Of a DNA stretch of 64,000 bases, positions 51,201 to 64,000 are shown piece after piece. The notes under the pieces are model-generated. The model had not been told where the DNA came from. It searched no databases and saw only the letters and a list, made by a program, of their open reading frames with translations. The translations under genes and the position numbers were made by a program. Position 1 is the first letter of the stretch; each line of letters begins with the position of its first letter. The stretch comes from Lingula anatina (Eukaryota > Animalia > Brachiopoda), in NCBI GenBank assembly GCA_051362555.1, contig CM120640.1:10478001-10542000 (forward strand). The letters are read 5' to 3'.

Positions 51201-54200
51201 TGAATTATGGAATTTTCATGGATTATTCAGTTATAATGTTAAGTAATAACCAAAAAGAAAAAAAATTCTGTTAACAAAGTTATGTCAGTACCACAAGGCA
51301 ATATCTGTTATAGAAAGCCATATCAATATACATTTTCACAAAAACAGATCCCTTAAAAACGTCAGTGGATGTGACACCCCTAGAAAAGCATAAAGTGTTC
51401 AATGATCTTTGCTTGAAGCAAATAGATTCCATATAAATGTTAAAAAATAGCACTTTAAATCAAACAATCACTAAAAGGTAGTCCTACGAAGAAAACATTC
51501 AAAAATGTATAATATTAGAATCGCAAATATTTTAACAACCAGACAGCTAAGAAACCATTCACTACAACAGACAGCCCGCAAGCAGCAGTGCCCTATAAAT
51601 ATAGATCCAATGAATGACAGTATAGGTGGCAGCACTGACCTTGCTGCTTTCCAAGAGAAGCCCAATGCCTTCCATGCAAACCTGAAGCAGTCCACCTTGG
51701 CCAGTCTTGAGATCTTGCACAGGGAATTCTCCACCAAGTTCAGGTCCTGCCAAAGCAATGTCAAAATAAGAGATTTAATCACACTTCACCTACATGATTC
51801 ACTGTTAACAGCATCTTTTCCAGTCTTTTTTGAAAAATAAAAATATAAGGAAAGGAATACTGCTGTTCTTTAATTTTAGATAAGACAGCTTGAAAAAATA
51901 AATATTATCAAAACTACACTGAAATCATTTCTTCTTTTAGATAAATAGTAAAAACTAGCTATGACTCAAGAGAAACAGCATTTTCAAAGGACCATAAAAT
52001 TTGAAATACAGGCAAACTAAATAAAAAATTTATCAATCTTAGTATTACCTGGTATTTTCCCATTATTCCTTAAAGCAGCCTTTTCCATTGATTCTCTTAC
52101 ACAGAAATAGAGCTCTTTGCACTGAAAATATAATTTTCTCAACATATCAAAAGCACAATATATTCCTTATTTTAAATCTTAAGACTGATATGATCTTATG
52201 TTATTGTTACATCACCACATGCTGTGCTCACTTAGGATATAACAAAATACAAATATATTAAGAACTGGCAAGATTCAATGCCCAATATAGGTAATGATAT
52301 AGAGATCCCCTTTTATACCTTCTTGGTGTAGAATTTATTGAGCTGTGTCTGGTCCCCATTTTTTCTCCAGAGACAGAGAACCTTGGTTTTCGGACAGTAA
52401 GTCATGTTGACCAGCTTCTCATACCACCAGCGGTCACAAATAATCCCCATCACACTACGCAGCACTATACAGTCATCACACACCTGAAACATTGAAGTGG
52501 CTGTGTGACAACTATCAAAATACCCCTTTTCAATCAGCTCCTTTTCTTAATCCACTGCTAGTATAATAAAATAATCATGTCTTCTTTTCTGTCCAGTCAG
52601 AATTCAATTGTCATGCTGCAGGTTGTGAAGTTACATCATTTTCACATATTAACAGAATGTATCACAAATACACATGACGACCTGAAGCTTCATACATAAT
52701 ACAAACCTTCATTCTACTGTGTGTTAAAATAGCAAACTATTACCTCCATGAAGAGCATATCTCCAGTGTTGTCTGGTCCCCAGTGCACTGTGAAAGATTG
52801 CTTTTGCATCATGCGACTACCAAGGGGTTTCAGATCAATGTCATTACCATGCTAAAAAACAGCAAAGATAAAGGTTAATATCTTATTTTGGTGAAAGTAG
52901 AACATTCACTCTGAGGCAATTAAAAATCACTTTCTGAAAAATGACATTCTTAACTCTTTTCAATGATAAAACTGATTAAACTGTTACTGCATCATATACA
53001 TATTCATAAAAGTTTAAATTCTTTATATGGTACCTAGAAATATCTCCAATCTTAAGTGCAATCACAAATAAACACACAAGCACCTACCAGGTTGGTCAAA
53101 TTATCTAACAGTTCATTAATTTCTTGACTGTAGTGCAGCCCAATGTGACATTTTCCCAACATTCTTCTGGCTTTGCGCCGTATCTCTTGTTTATTCACTT
53201 TCATCATGACCATGAAAGCTATCAGGTTGTAGAGCATGTTGGCCAACAGCCTGTCTTCATCTTGTTCCAGACGTTTCTTCTCAGCAGCACCCAAGTCTTT
53301 GTACCTAAAATAAAAAAAATTCATGTATCAGTTAACAACATGTATCAGTCTATCTATATCTCTGCCTGTCTGTCTGATAATGAAACAATCCACAAAATAG
53401 TAAGGGTTTATGCATGAGCTCCCTAATTTTTTTAATTTTTGTGTAAAACAACATCTTATCAAACTCTTTGTCTTGACTCAGGCATGGACCAACAACTCCA
53501 TGTCAATAATCATAAAATGACAACATAATCTCTATGACTGGATGGGCTATACTCCTAAGCCTCATTTACCTGTCCATCATTTCAGCAGGTCCCTGATCCA
53601 TGCCAATGATATCCCTTTCCTGGGCCACCGCATCTAGGAACACATCTTCCCAAAACTGCATCTGGTCCCACAGCCGGCTCCGATCTTTGTCTGCAAATGA
53701 GCAGTTGAAAACAAAATAAACAAGCAGAAAACAACTCCCATAATCTCCACCATGGACTAATGTAGGGCAAATATCTATTTCATTCAAAATCATGTTATCA
53801 GGGATGTGAACCACATTTCAGGATAAAAAGCTAAAAAGAAATGTGCACTAACCCTCAATCAAATAAATTTAACAAGGCAGCAAAGCTGTCAAATGTACAG
53901 ACAAAACAAGACTGCACTGTTCTGAAATGGGTTTATTTCCATTTTTAACACTTTTTTAACATAAAACAAAATTAATAGGTTACTGCCATTTTTATAAGAT
54001 CAACTAAGAAAATTGATGAGATGGGAAAAATATCAATAGAACAGTGTTAAATGTCCAATTTCTTCCATTCTGAGATTCTGAACATAGTGAATGATTGAAT
54101 CTGACAAACTGCAATGATATGAGTTTATTTCCATTTTTGACACTTTATTACACAATACAAGATAACAAGTTTACCATCATTTTTACATAATCAACTAACA

Positions 54201-57200
54201 ATGTTGTAAAGATGCAGGAAATGTCAAACAATCACTTTTACGTATCTGATTACTTAAATAATAAGGCTATTAACATGCCTAAGAATTAAATCTGAGGAAA
54301 TCTGAGGAAATGTGAAAAAACAGCATAACTTCTAAAATAATGCCCCGATTATGCTGATTTTCGAACTCAACCTGCATTTTAGTAAGACTGACCATTCCTG
54401 TGAGTTTAATGACAATTGGGCTTTCTGTTTTTCTTATATTGTGTTTACAGCGTTGCATATATGCTGAACAATGAAAAAAACACATAACTACTAAAATAGT
54501 GGCCCGATCATGCTGATTTTCGAACTTGACCTGCGTTTTAGTAAGATTAATTACTCCTGTGAGTTTCATGATAACAGGCCTAACGGTTTTCCTTAAAATG
54601 TGTTTACAAGGTTGCATATATGCTGAAAAGTGAAAAAACAGCATAACTACTACATTAATGGCCCGATCATGCTGATTATCGAACTTGACCTGCATTTTAT
54701 GAATATTCATCAACTCTGTAAATATAAAGCCAAAAAGTAAAACTGCCTTCCACTTATCGTGTTTACAAGGAAAGTGCACGGCGCCGGCGACGGCATCGGC
54801 ATCGGCGACGACAGACGCAGGTGATGGCAATATGTACAGACACATCTGTGTCTGTACATAAAAATAAATTGTAATCTTGATAAAAACATCACAGCTGGTT
54901 CATGTTTGTAAACAAATTTTTTCCACTGAGCCAACTACTCAAGCTGGTTTAACAGAGGCAAGAAAAAGTTATTGTCCTCACCTATGAGATGTTGAAACAA
55001 ATACAACCTGGTGGTTGTTGGACTGAGAGGGCCGACATGAACCAGTTTTCCATCTCTGAATCTGAATCCACCACTCAAAGTGGATTTGTTGCTCCATATA
55101 CTTGCAGTACGTGATAACCGCGTTCCTACCAGCTGTAAAATTGGATGATACATAAGAACAGTAGTAACAGAATAAACTTTGTTAGTAAACAGTTGCTTCT
55201 TGTATCAATGTATAGGAGTACAATGAAACTTAAAAGATGTAATCCTTTTGTGCTAGCATTCAAATCTGAGAGACACAGTATGGTAAATCAAGACACCATT
55301 TTCTTTTGTACAGAAATTTGAAGAATAATTAAGATAGTTGTAACAAAGCACAATTCCCATTAACCAGATAGTTGATGTGAATATAATATGTAAAATCACA
55401 CTTCAGGTGGATACAGCTGCAGACATGAATGCTTAACTTTCTAAAAAGTGAAAAGAAATGCATCACAGCCATAATCCAATACCAAATATTTTAGTGATCA
55501 TGCATGGAATGGTTCTCATGTGAAGGTAAAAAAGCCCAATTACATAATTGAAATCCCTGTTAGTCTGTAATGAAGTAAGAAAGTTAGGTTGGTGTTAATA
55601 ATTTTGTTAAAATAAATTGTGAGGAAGAAACCAAATATACCACAAAGATGCAAGGAAATGGTCAAGTGCATGGTCGATTAAAATATATACTATTAAAGAA
55701 AGGTTATTTAGAGCACAATTAGTGAATTGGGACTATGTTTGGTATGCAGAGAGCAAAAGTTTGGAAAGAACCCTGGGTGCCAGTCACAAGAATATTAGTA
55801 CTATGCTTTTATCATTGTGACTTACCCCTCCAATATCATGTTCACTACTATCTGATAGTGAAGGTTTTATAGTCTGATGATTTATCCTGGGTCTTCTCCC
55901 TTCCCAATCAGAACCATCACTCACCAGTGTGGATCCCTCAGACACCTCAGAATCCACACTCTGGCCATGGGGCACCACTCCCCGCCTGGACCTCAACAGC
56001 TCTTTGTTCTTCACCAGTTCTCTCAAGATGTCTTCCTGCTGACTGGGGCGCTTCTCCGGTGTGGTGGCGGTATCTGGAGCGTGAGGTCCTCTCAGGGGAT
56101 CTGTGTCCACGTACTGTCTTCTCAGTGGGTCAGTATCAGTCACTATAATATCACAGTTTGTCTGTTGGGCAGATACAGCAGGCATGCTGGTTGTGTGCTG
56201 CTCTGTACTGTAGTGAGATTTGGCAGAGTTTGAATTATAGTCCTGCTTCCCAGGCTCTGTGTGGGACAATGGATGAGAGTTCTTCAGTTCAATATTTTGG
56301 TATTCTTCACCATCCAGCAGAACGGGAGAGCCTAGTAAATAAATTTTTTTAATAAAAAAATAAATAAATAAAAAGAACATAGAAAAACTGTTAAGTCGCC
56401 ATTTTATTTATGATACGACCTGCTCATATAAACAGCGAAATAACTTCACAATATTCATTTAACATTCACAAGATACAACAGACATAACAGTCAACGGAAG
56501 AACACATTAACTGTTATGATTCTAAACAGTCATCAAAAACCTACCCTTATTACATGACATTATTTTCAAGCCAGGTCTTATAACTACTTTTCTATTTATT
56601 TATCTATTTACTAAACTTTTTTTGGTACCTATTAAAGTAAAACACCACAAAGACGAGAAAAACTCCTCCAACATACATACACACTACATATTGTCATAGT
56701 CATGCTGAAGGAAGAATCTGCCATCTGCCTGCATGTAAAGCCAAATAGAGAGACAAAGAGATAGAGTTGTAAGCCATGCAATACTTGCCTGCAGAATACG
56801 AACTAGGAAGAGAATGAGACGGTGAAAGCTCCCGCTGAATTGCACTGTGTCGTGGACTAGTAGACCGGTCAAAGTACCCACCTACAAAACAGGACAATAG
56901 ACAACACATACAACAACAGTTTGTAGACTGGTGATCAGACCTATACAACATATACATACACAAACATTACCATACATGTACAGTCAGTGCACTTGGCAAA
57001 GAACACAAATTAGAGACCATCCCTAGACCATAGTGTGAAGATGCAAAGACTTGCTGATAATCTATCACACAAAAGAACCCAACATCTAAATTCAACAAAC
57101 ATATCCACATACAAACTTTCACCAGCTACATGGGTGATGATGATGACAATGATGATGACGATAACAACAAAGAGACTAGAATAAGCAACAAGACTCAATC

Positions 57201-60200
57201 TCTGTTTGTCTCTCCCTCATACACACTTCAAAACTATACATTGTTTCGCAAATGTCTAGTCCTTTATGTGTTATTACACATGTAAACTACAATTGTGGAA
57301 ACATACAAACTATAAATGATAAATACACTTTCTAGACCCACATATAATGTAATTTCACCTATTATTTCCATAAAATCAATAGGAAAACACTTTTAGAATA
57401 GCGTAATTGCAGATGAAGGATAATCATTCAAATGAAAGTACAAAATTACAGTTTTTAGCAGCATTCAACCAAAACATTATCTTGCTTTTGTGAATACACC
57501 AGGCTGGTGCTGAATACACACCAAAATTTCATACTACACAAAACCAAACAACATAATCCACCCAAAAACTGTAGCTGCCATGCTATCTAAAATAACAATG
57601 ATATACACACACCCTCTCAATTACATTTTCTGAGATATCTGCAGTTGACCTTCCACAAAAATATACAAAATAAACAATAGTGTAAGAGAGATCTTTTTTT
57701 TCTTCCACAAGTTATCAACATTTGTCCTTATTCCCAGTATGAAGTTATCTGAATCTCATACTAGTACCTAATACTGGTATGGATTGGTCCTCTCCTGGCA
57801 AGCTCTTGGACTCCACACGAGGGCTGATGTCAGATACTAAACTCTCACGGCTGCCAAATGGGGAGCTGGTCTGAATGTGAAAACAACATGGGTCAAATAA
57901 AAACATAGTAGAAAGCACTGGGCAATGTAAAAAATGAAATAATACCAAAATCAAAGGTTTCAAGTTGTGGATTTAATAATCAATGTATTCATGTAGATAT
58001 GACCTCAAAAGGTAGTTTACTTTGATAACTTACAAGATGGAAATCAGTTCCCTGGGGTGAAAAAAGTTTTAATAACCAAATCTTTCAATATTTGAAAGCT
58101 CATGATGGAAAAGATACTCATAAAATAATTTCATGCCCATCAATTAAGAGCCATAAAATTAAATAAATCATTGCACCTGTATCATAACAAAGGCAACGGT
58201 ATCCTTTCAGGTCCATTTTTATTTTATATAAGTGGACTGCTATGGATTTGTCTTGACTTTCTGTAGGCTTAAGTTTTGGTCTTAAAATTTACACCAACCA
58301 CTACAGTAAACTTTTGAAAAATCAGCTCCAGGTCTGGCAGACCAAGCAAATTTACCTGAGAGCCACTTGCATCACTCCTATTGCTGCCTGTCAGTTCTTT
58401 GGCCCAGTAATGTGTATGGATAATCTCACAGACCATGAATGCACTGGCCATACCTCCTATCCCATGATTACGGTAGGTAAAGTCCAGCCCATACACTATT
58501 GCTTTCAGCATGGTCAACATGCCTTTGAAGATCTGCTTGCTGACACACTGAAATAAGATTTTCAATAAATAGTCTCTGAGGCTAGTTTGCTGTCAAAATT
58601 TGTTTTTTTTTTTTTTTTTAATTTTTTTTACACAACTGAATCACATATTTGGTAGCTGAAAATATCATTTTGTTGAAATTTGTACTTTGATTAATACACA
58701 AAATACTGACAGTTAACTCACAGTTAAATATAATTCAGTGATTGATAACCATGTATGGTAAATCATTTACAAGTTTAAGATATAATACAAGTTTCAGCAA
58801 AGATGGAGGGAAAAGGGCGATCGTTTATTATATCAACTAGTATTTCACTGTGGGCATCTGACTTTTAAAAGATCATTTTCAATAGCAGAATTTCTTCTTC
58901 AGCAAAAGAAACATTTCTTTAATTTCTTTCTGGATCTCCAAGCAAAATGACATTGCCTTATTAAATACCTGATAAAAAGATGGAGATATATTGTTCACAA
59001 TCATACCATTTATTAAGATAACCTGAGGAGTAGGCTAAAACTTACCACATCTTCTATGTACATATCCTCTTCTGTAAGTTTTTTATCCAATGACGTGTTC
59101 AGCCTGCTCACCACAAAGTTACGATAATTCTCATCCTCCATCAATCTCCTAATTTTGTTGATTTTCAACCAGCCTACCCCATGTCCATCAAGTATGTGAC
59201 TGACAGCATCTTTCAGGAACTGCTGATTCTCACTGCAGTTGGAAACGTAGTAACATTTTCAGACATAATAATGCCAGCATATTTTCAAATAATTCCAAAC
59301 ATTTCTTTTGCAAATTAAGTCCTTACTGTTAAAAAACTTTATATATATTTGGCACAAAACTTTTTTACTAGAATAATTATGCCTGCAACCCTATGCTTTT
59401 TATTCATGTGCACTTTTACAAAATATCGAAATTAAATGCATTTAATTTCAATCTATCAAAACAAAAATATTTACTTCAAATATTCACTTCAGAGGGAACA
59501 CTTGATTTACCTATGAGCACTTGTCCTCGTATCTACAAGCTGCTGCTTTGAGGAGTCTCTGGTCATCTTCCTGTGGGAAGCATGTTTCACCAGACCAGAC
59601 TTCTCAACCAGAGCTTTCCTGTTGCCTAAAAAGCAACAAAATCTTATTCGATCTCTATATCTCAGAGCTTTTTATTTCTGGGCCTTCTATTACGTGATAC
59701 CCTTTTCTATATTTTTATCCATCCCTATTACTGAGCTATTTTATTCCTTCGCCTCCCACCACACCGTCCCCTCTTTGTACTTTTACCCATCCTTATAACC
59801 GCCACACCTACTTAAATGTACTATATAAAAAAGTGTGACACAAACATGATAGCACATGTCATCACACCTCCCACATTCATACCAATACCAAACATGCAAT
59901 ACTAATAATGAACTTTCCGTGACAAGGATATCACCTCTCTTATTTTTAAATGCCTCACGTTATGCCCCTGCTTCTATGTTACCTCCACATACCAACCACA
60001 ACAGCTCGATTATCTCAAATTATATACATAGCATGATTAAGAACACGCAAGTCCAAAAATTAAAATAACATTTGTCGTCAATTATGGTTTGTCTTATTTT
60101 TTTCTGTACTGATCGCAGCCCACAACTTATAATCAAATCAAGCATAATGACACATCTGCCATCATATCTCCCACATTCATCTGATACCAAACGTGCACTA

Positions 60201-63200
60201 ATAATGAACTGCTACGGACAATTAAATCCAACTCTTAAATATTTAAGACATTTCTTATTATGAAAGGCATAATGTTATTATTACCTCAACATGTCAACCA
60301 CAACTGTACAGAATTCTCTCAAATTATCTATAATTACTTGCCATCATTAAAAACATGTGGGCCAAAAAAATAACTAAATCTTCTGTAGTCGGTATTTTAT
60401 CTGTACTAACCGCAATATTTCTGGACTGGTTATAAATGAGAACGATTCTGTAAATGAATCATGTATGTATCTAAATCATATTTATTTTCTGACTCATACT
60501 TTTTTAATGATGCAAAGTCTACTTCCTTTATTATCGTTTCTATAACATAATATAATAGCAATTTGACACCCCTTTGCTCCCCCCCCTCAAAAAAAAAAAA
60601 AAAAAAACATACAAGCAGGCTACCTACCTAAAGGTGCATAGGGTTTGGTCTGCTTGGAAGAACTGTTCATTGTTGTGCTCTTGGTTCCTGGAGATACACA
60701 ATAATTAACTTAATCTTCATATAAAATGTGTATAAGATATGATGTGACATCCCTTCTGATGTATAGAATGCACAGAACTGAAATGCTTGCTTGTTAGTAT
60801 TGTTTTCACAAAATAACTCATACTGTCTAAAACGTAAGTGATATGTTTCACAAGACTACCTGCTTGATGCTTGGGCACTTCTACTGATATGCCCCAAACC
60901 CTCCCTTTTGAGAGATTCATAATATAAATAAACATAAAATAGTACAAAAAATGAAAAAAGGGAAGTTGTCAATATTTTCCTAATGATAAGTTAGAATTCA
61001 TAAAATTAAAGACAGCAGGGTTTAAAGCTTAAAACAGTAAAAGGACAAGGCAGCAAAGCTGTCAAATGTACAGACAAAAAGCAGGAAATAACTATGCACA
61101 AAATAGGCTACTGTCAATTCTGATGCAAAAGTACATTATGTTTAACTGTAAATTCAACATCAATTTTTAATTATGCTCAACAGGAAATACCAATGAAAGT
61201 AAAATGTGTAACAAGCATAAGGCTTCAGGCCCATGAGAGTTCAAGTTCACACTTTGAAAATGTATAACTTCCAGAAAAAGAAGCCAATTAGACTGCTTTT
61301 CCAACTCAGGCTGCATGCCGATTTTCGAACTTGACCTCCGTTTTAGTAAGATCGATTACTCCTGAGAGTTTCACGACAACAGGCCTATCGGTTTTCCTTG
61401 AAATGTGTTTACAGTGTTGCATATATGTTGAAAAGTGAAAGAAAAAAGCATAACTTCTACAATAATGGCCCGATCATCCTGTTTTTTGAACTTGACCTGG
61501 GTTTTATGAATATTCATCAGCTCTTTAAATATAAAGCCCAAAAGTAAAACTGCCTTCCACTTATCGTGTTTACAATAAAAGTGCAAGGTACATCTGTACA
61601 TATTTACTGTACTGTTTGAGAACAGTAAGTGACATGGTTTTTCTTAAATGGTCATCATGGGAGCAGTGCCCAAAATGGGTTTTTTTCAAATTTTGACGCA
61701 ATATTACATAATGTTTAACAGCATAATGACCATCAATTTTTAAGAATAAAATATTAGTATCATGGATATTCAGAAAATGTGACTAGCAAAGGTCTTCAGG
61801 CCCATGGAACTTCAAAGCCACAACTTGAAAATGCCAAAATGTAAACAAGACAGCACTGTTCTGAAATGGGTTTATTTCCATTTTTAACAATTTTTAACAT
61901 AAAACAAAATTAACAGTTTACTGCCATTTTTATATTATCAACTAAGAAAATTGATGAGATGGGAAAAATATCAACAGAGCAGTGTTAAATGTCCAATTTC
62001 TTCCATTCTGAGATTCTGAACATAATGAATGATTGAATCTGACAAACTGCAATGATATGAGTTTATTTCCATTTTTGAAACTTTATTACACAATACACGA
62101 TAACAAGTTTACCATCATTTTTACAAAATCAACTAACAATGTTGTAAAGATGCAGGAAATGTCAAACAAACACTTTTACGTATCTTATTAGTTTAATAAT
62201 GAGACTGTTAACATGCCTAAGAATTGAATCTGAGGAAATGTGAAAAATATGCTGAAAAGTGAAAAAACAGCATAACTTCTACAATAATGGCCCGATCATG
62301 CTGATTTTCGAACTTGACCTGCGTTTTATGAATATTCATCAGCTCTGTAAATATAAAGCCAAAAAGTAAAACTGCCCTCCACTTATCGTGTTTACAAGGA
62401 AAGTGCACGGCGCCGGCATCGCCATCGGCATCGCCATCGCCATCGGCGACGGCGACGACAGACGCAGGTGATGGCAATATGTACAGACACATCTGTGTCT
62501 GTACATAATAAAAGGCATCTATTTAGGTTCAGTTTTAATTGATTAAACTACTTAAAAAAACACAAGAAAAAGTTGTCAGTAAAGTCACTAAAAAGCTTTA
62601 AAAACAAAATTAGTAGCCACAATAAGTACGCATTGTATAAGCAATAAAATAAGGGAACCCAAAAAATAGCACCACTGAAAAACTTAAAGAAAAGTAATAT
62701 TGTTTCTGCATATCACATATGCTGCCATAAATTCATCCAGTCCTTCCCTCATATATATACATCAAAAGCAATATAAATAATTTTATACATAAACAATCTG
62801 GTAACATTCACATGCCATTTCTACAGAAAAAGTTTTAAAACAAACTTTGGATTGAGCTCAGTAATCAAAATACTGATTGACAGGTTACAGAAAACTACTC
62901 TCTCCTAATGACCAGGAAATCAAGAAGGAAAAAAAATCTCTCTTTGCTTTTGTTGTTTCTTTTTAGATATCTATAGAAATTAAACTTCACTGTGATTCAA
63001 CTGAAGTAAAATCAGCTACTCATTTTGATTTTCAAAGTCATTTTTAAACAATTTCAATTTGAGCTTATGTATATCCAAAAAGGTCAGTAAAATATAGATT
63101 GTACTGATAACTTATATAATAAAAATGATCTATTTAATTTGTAGGGACACAAACTCAGAATATTGGGTTGGTCTGTTGATTTTTTAATATACATTTTCAT

Positions 63201-63596
63201 GTGCAAAATTATTGACATATGTCACAAGAGGAAACAGTTTTTGCCCCTTATTAAAAAAGTTCCTTCTTTAAGAAAAACCTCTGCCATGCAGAATATTGTA
63301 TGGCACGTTTCATAGCAGCAAGTAAAGCCTACCTCTCAGTTCCTTCACATAGGTAGAACCTTTACTATAAACTGCTGAGGTGACACTTTCAAGTTGGCTT
63401 CCGATAGGAGCACTTTGAACCTCTTCTTTCATTTCTAGTACACCTTTCTTAACTTCTTTCATGCCATGGCCAAGGCTTTCCACTGTACCCGCTAATCCTT
63501 GTTTTAGATCATCCAATTTGATCTTGTCCAACTGCTTCTTTTCCAATCCATGTTTTAGACCCGTGACTGTACTAGACAAACCCTCCTTACTTTGAT
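42240..63596 (-). CDS. MADD: MAP kinase-activating death domain protein / Rab3 GEF, 3' part; the gene continues off the right edge
   Basis: Phase-compatible exons 63333-63596, 60628-60687, 59511-59625, 59046-59232, 58356-58547, 57768-57870, 56789-56881, 55826-56331, 54982-55132, 53570-53690, 53088-53304, 52744-52851, 52319-52483, 52049-52121, 51640-51746, (50247-50255), 49623-49695, 49126-49172, 42240-42440. Motifs [86 protein letters not shown]. Confidence 0.93.
42757..46465 (+). mobile_element. Non-autonomous Helitron/Helentron-like element, family B, in the last MADD intron
   Basis: 5' hairpin GAGGCGataCCGCCTC; subterminal inverted repeat TGTACCACCAGC (42795-42806) / GCTGGTGGTACA (46451-46462); 3' stem-loop; (CCGGCGGAG)n microsatellite near 46353-46403; internal 146-bp arrays. 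Confidence 0.8.
42950..45450 (+). repeat. 146-bp tandem repeat, 6 + 9 copies in two arrays
   Basis: AGGTCAAAGGTCA recurs at 42974, 43118, 43264, 43410, 43556, 43702, then every 146 bp from 44178 to 45346. Confidence 0.93.
53871..54864 (+). mobile_element. Helentron-like family A, copy 2 (MADD intron)
   Basis: Same 5' end, ~160-bp units (3), GGCGAC/GGCATC microsatellite and the same 3' hairpin as copy 1; lacks the segment corresponding to about 4445-5145. Confidence 0.82.
59780..60410. repeat. Old degenerate ~300-bp tandem duplication
   Basis: ctcccacattcat..atacc aaac..gca..ctaataatgaact at about 59868 and 60168; tctcaaattat and ccaaaaa..taa motifs recur at the same spacing. Confidence 0.6.
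61045..62510 (+). mobile_element. Helentron-like family A, copy 3 (composite; MADD intron)
   Basis: Same 5' start. A degenerate first unit ends near 61600, then the element restarts at tttgagaacagtaagtgacatg and ends with the microsatellite and the same 3' hairpin (about 62479-62506). Confidence 0.8.
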
Positions 63597-64000
63597 CTTT
63601 AAAAGGATCCATTGCAAGCACAAAGAGAAAGACAAGAAATAATAAGCAAGACAACAACCACTGTTAAGCATCCATTTTCAGGCTTGTAAGGGTGCTTTTC
63701 ATAGTCAATTTTTTAACATTATCACATCTTGCAAACTGCCACTTTCACAAAGCTTTCCCAATGCCAAGTGCTTCCAATGTTAGACCAACTGGTAATGGTG
63801 ACTGACTTACAATTTAGGTCCAATATGAAACCATAGTTGCCCCACTGTTTTTCACTAAACAGAAAACCCACCAATAAAAGAACATGTTAAGCTGTATGGA
63901 CAGTAACCATTACCAGTGATTGGATACAAGATTTGCACACAAAATATTAGTCAGTTATATAACACAACATTTTTTAGAAATCATCAACCAATTATTGTCA

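Noticed and set aside
54279-54845. 188-aa ORF with internal repeats; similar ORFs at 61371-61601 and 62217-62492
   Set aside because: Translation of the antisense strand of family A tandem units; the frames are not preserved between copies.

Overview
AT-rich, intron-containing animal genomic DNA. The proteins and repeat families suggest a lophotrochozoan, possibly a mollusc (inference). Six spliced host genes were reconstructed by hand from splice sites and exon phase: CLIP3/4-like (5' part, -), PSMG3 (+), a MuSK-like Ig-Ig-Frizzled-Kringle receptor tyrosine kinase (-), SAMM50 (-), HSPBP1 (+) and the 3' two-thirds of MADD/Rab3-GEF (-). Mobile DNA comprises two families of non-autonomous Helitron/Helentron-like elements with internal tandem arrays, a PIF/Harbinger MITE, and a truncated Gypsy LTR element nested in a hAT transposase relic. 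I found no convincing wholly new biological system. The best leads are the Gypsy element's fold-back 5' end bracketed by an intact 5-bp TSD, a MuSK that lacks Ig1 and most signalling tyrosines and needs a 10-nt microexon to stay in frame, several candidate alternative exons in MADD, and a 146-bp DR1-bearing tandem array. Gene identities come from recalled protein motifs, not database searches.
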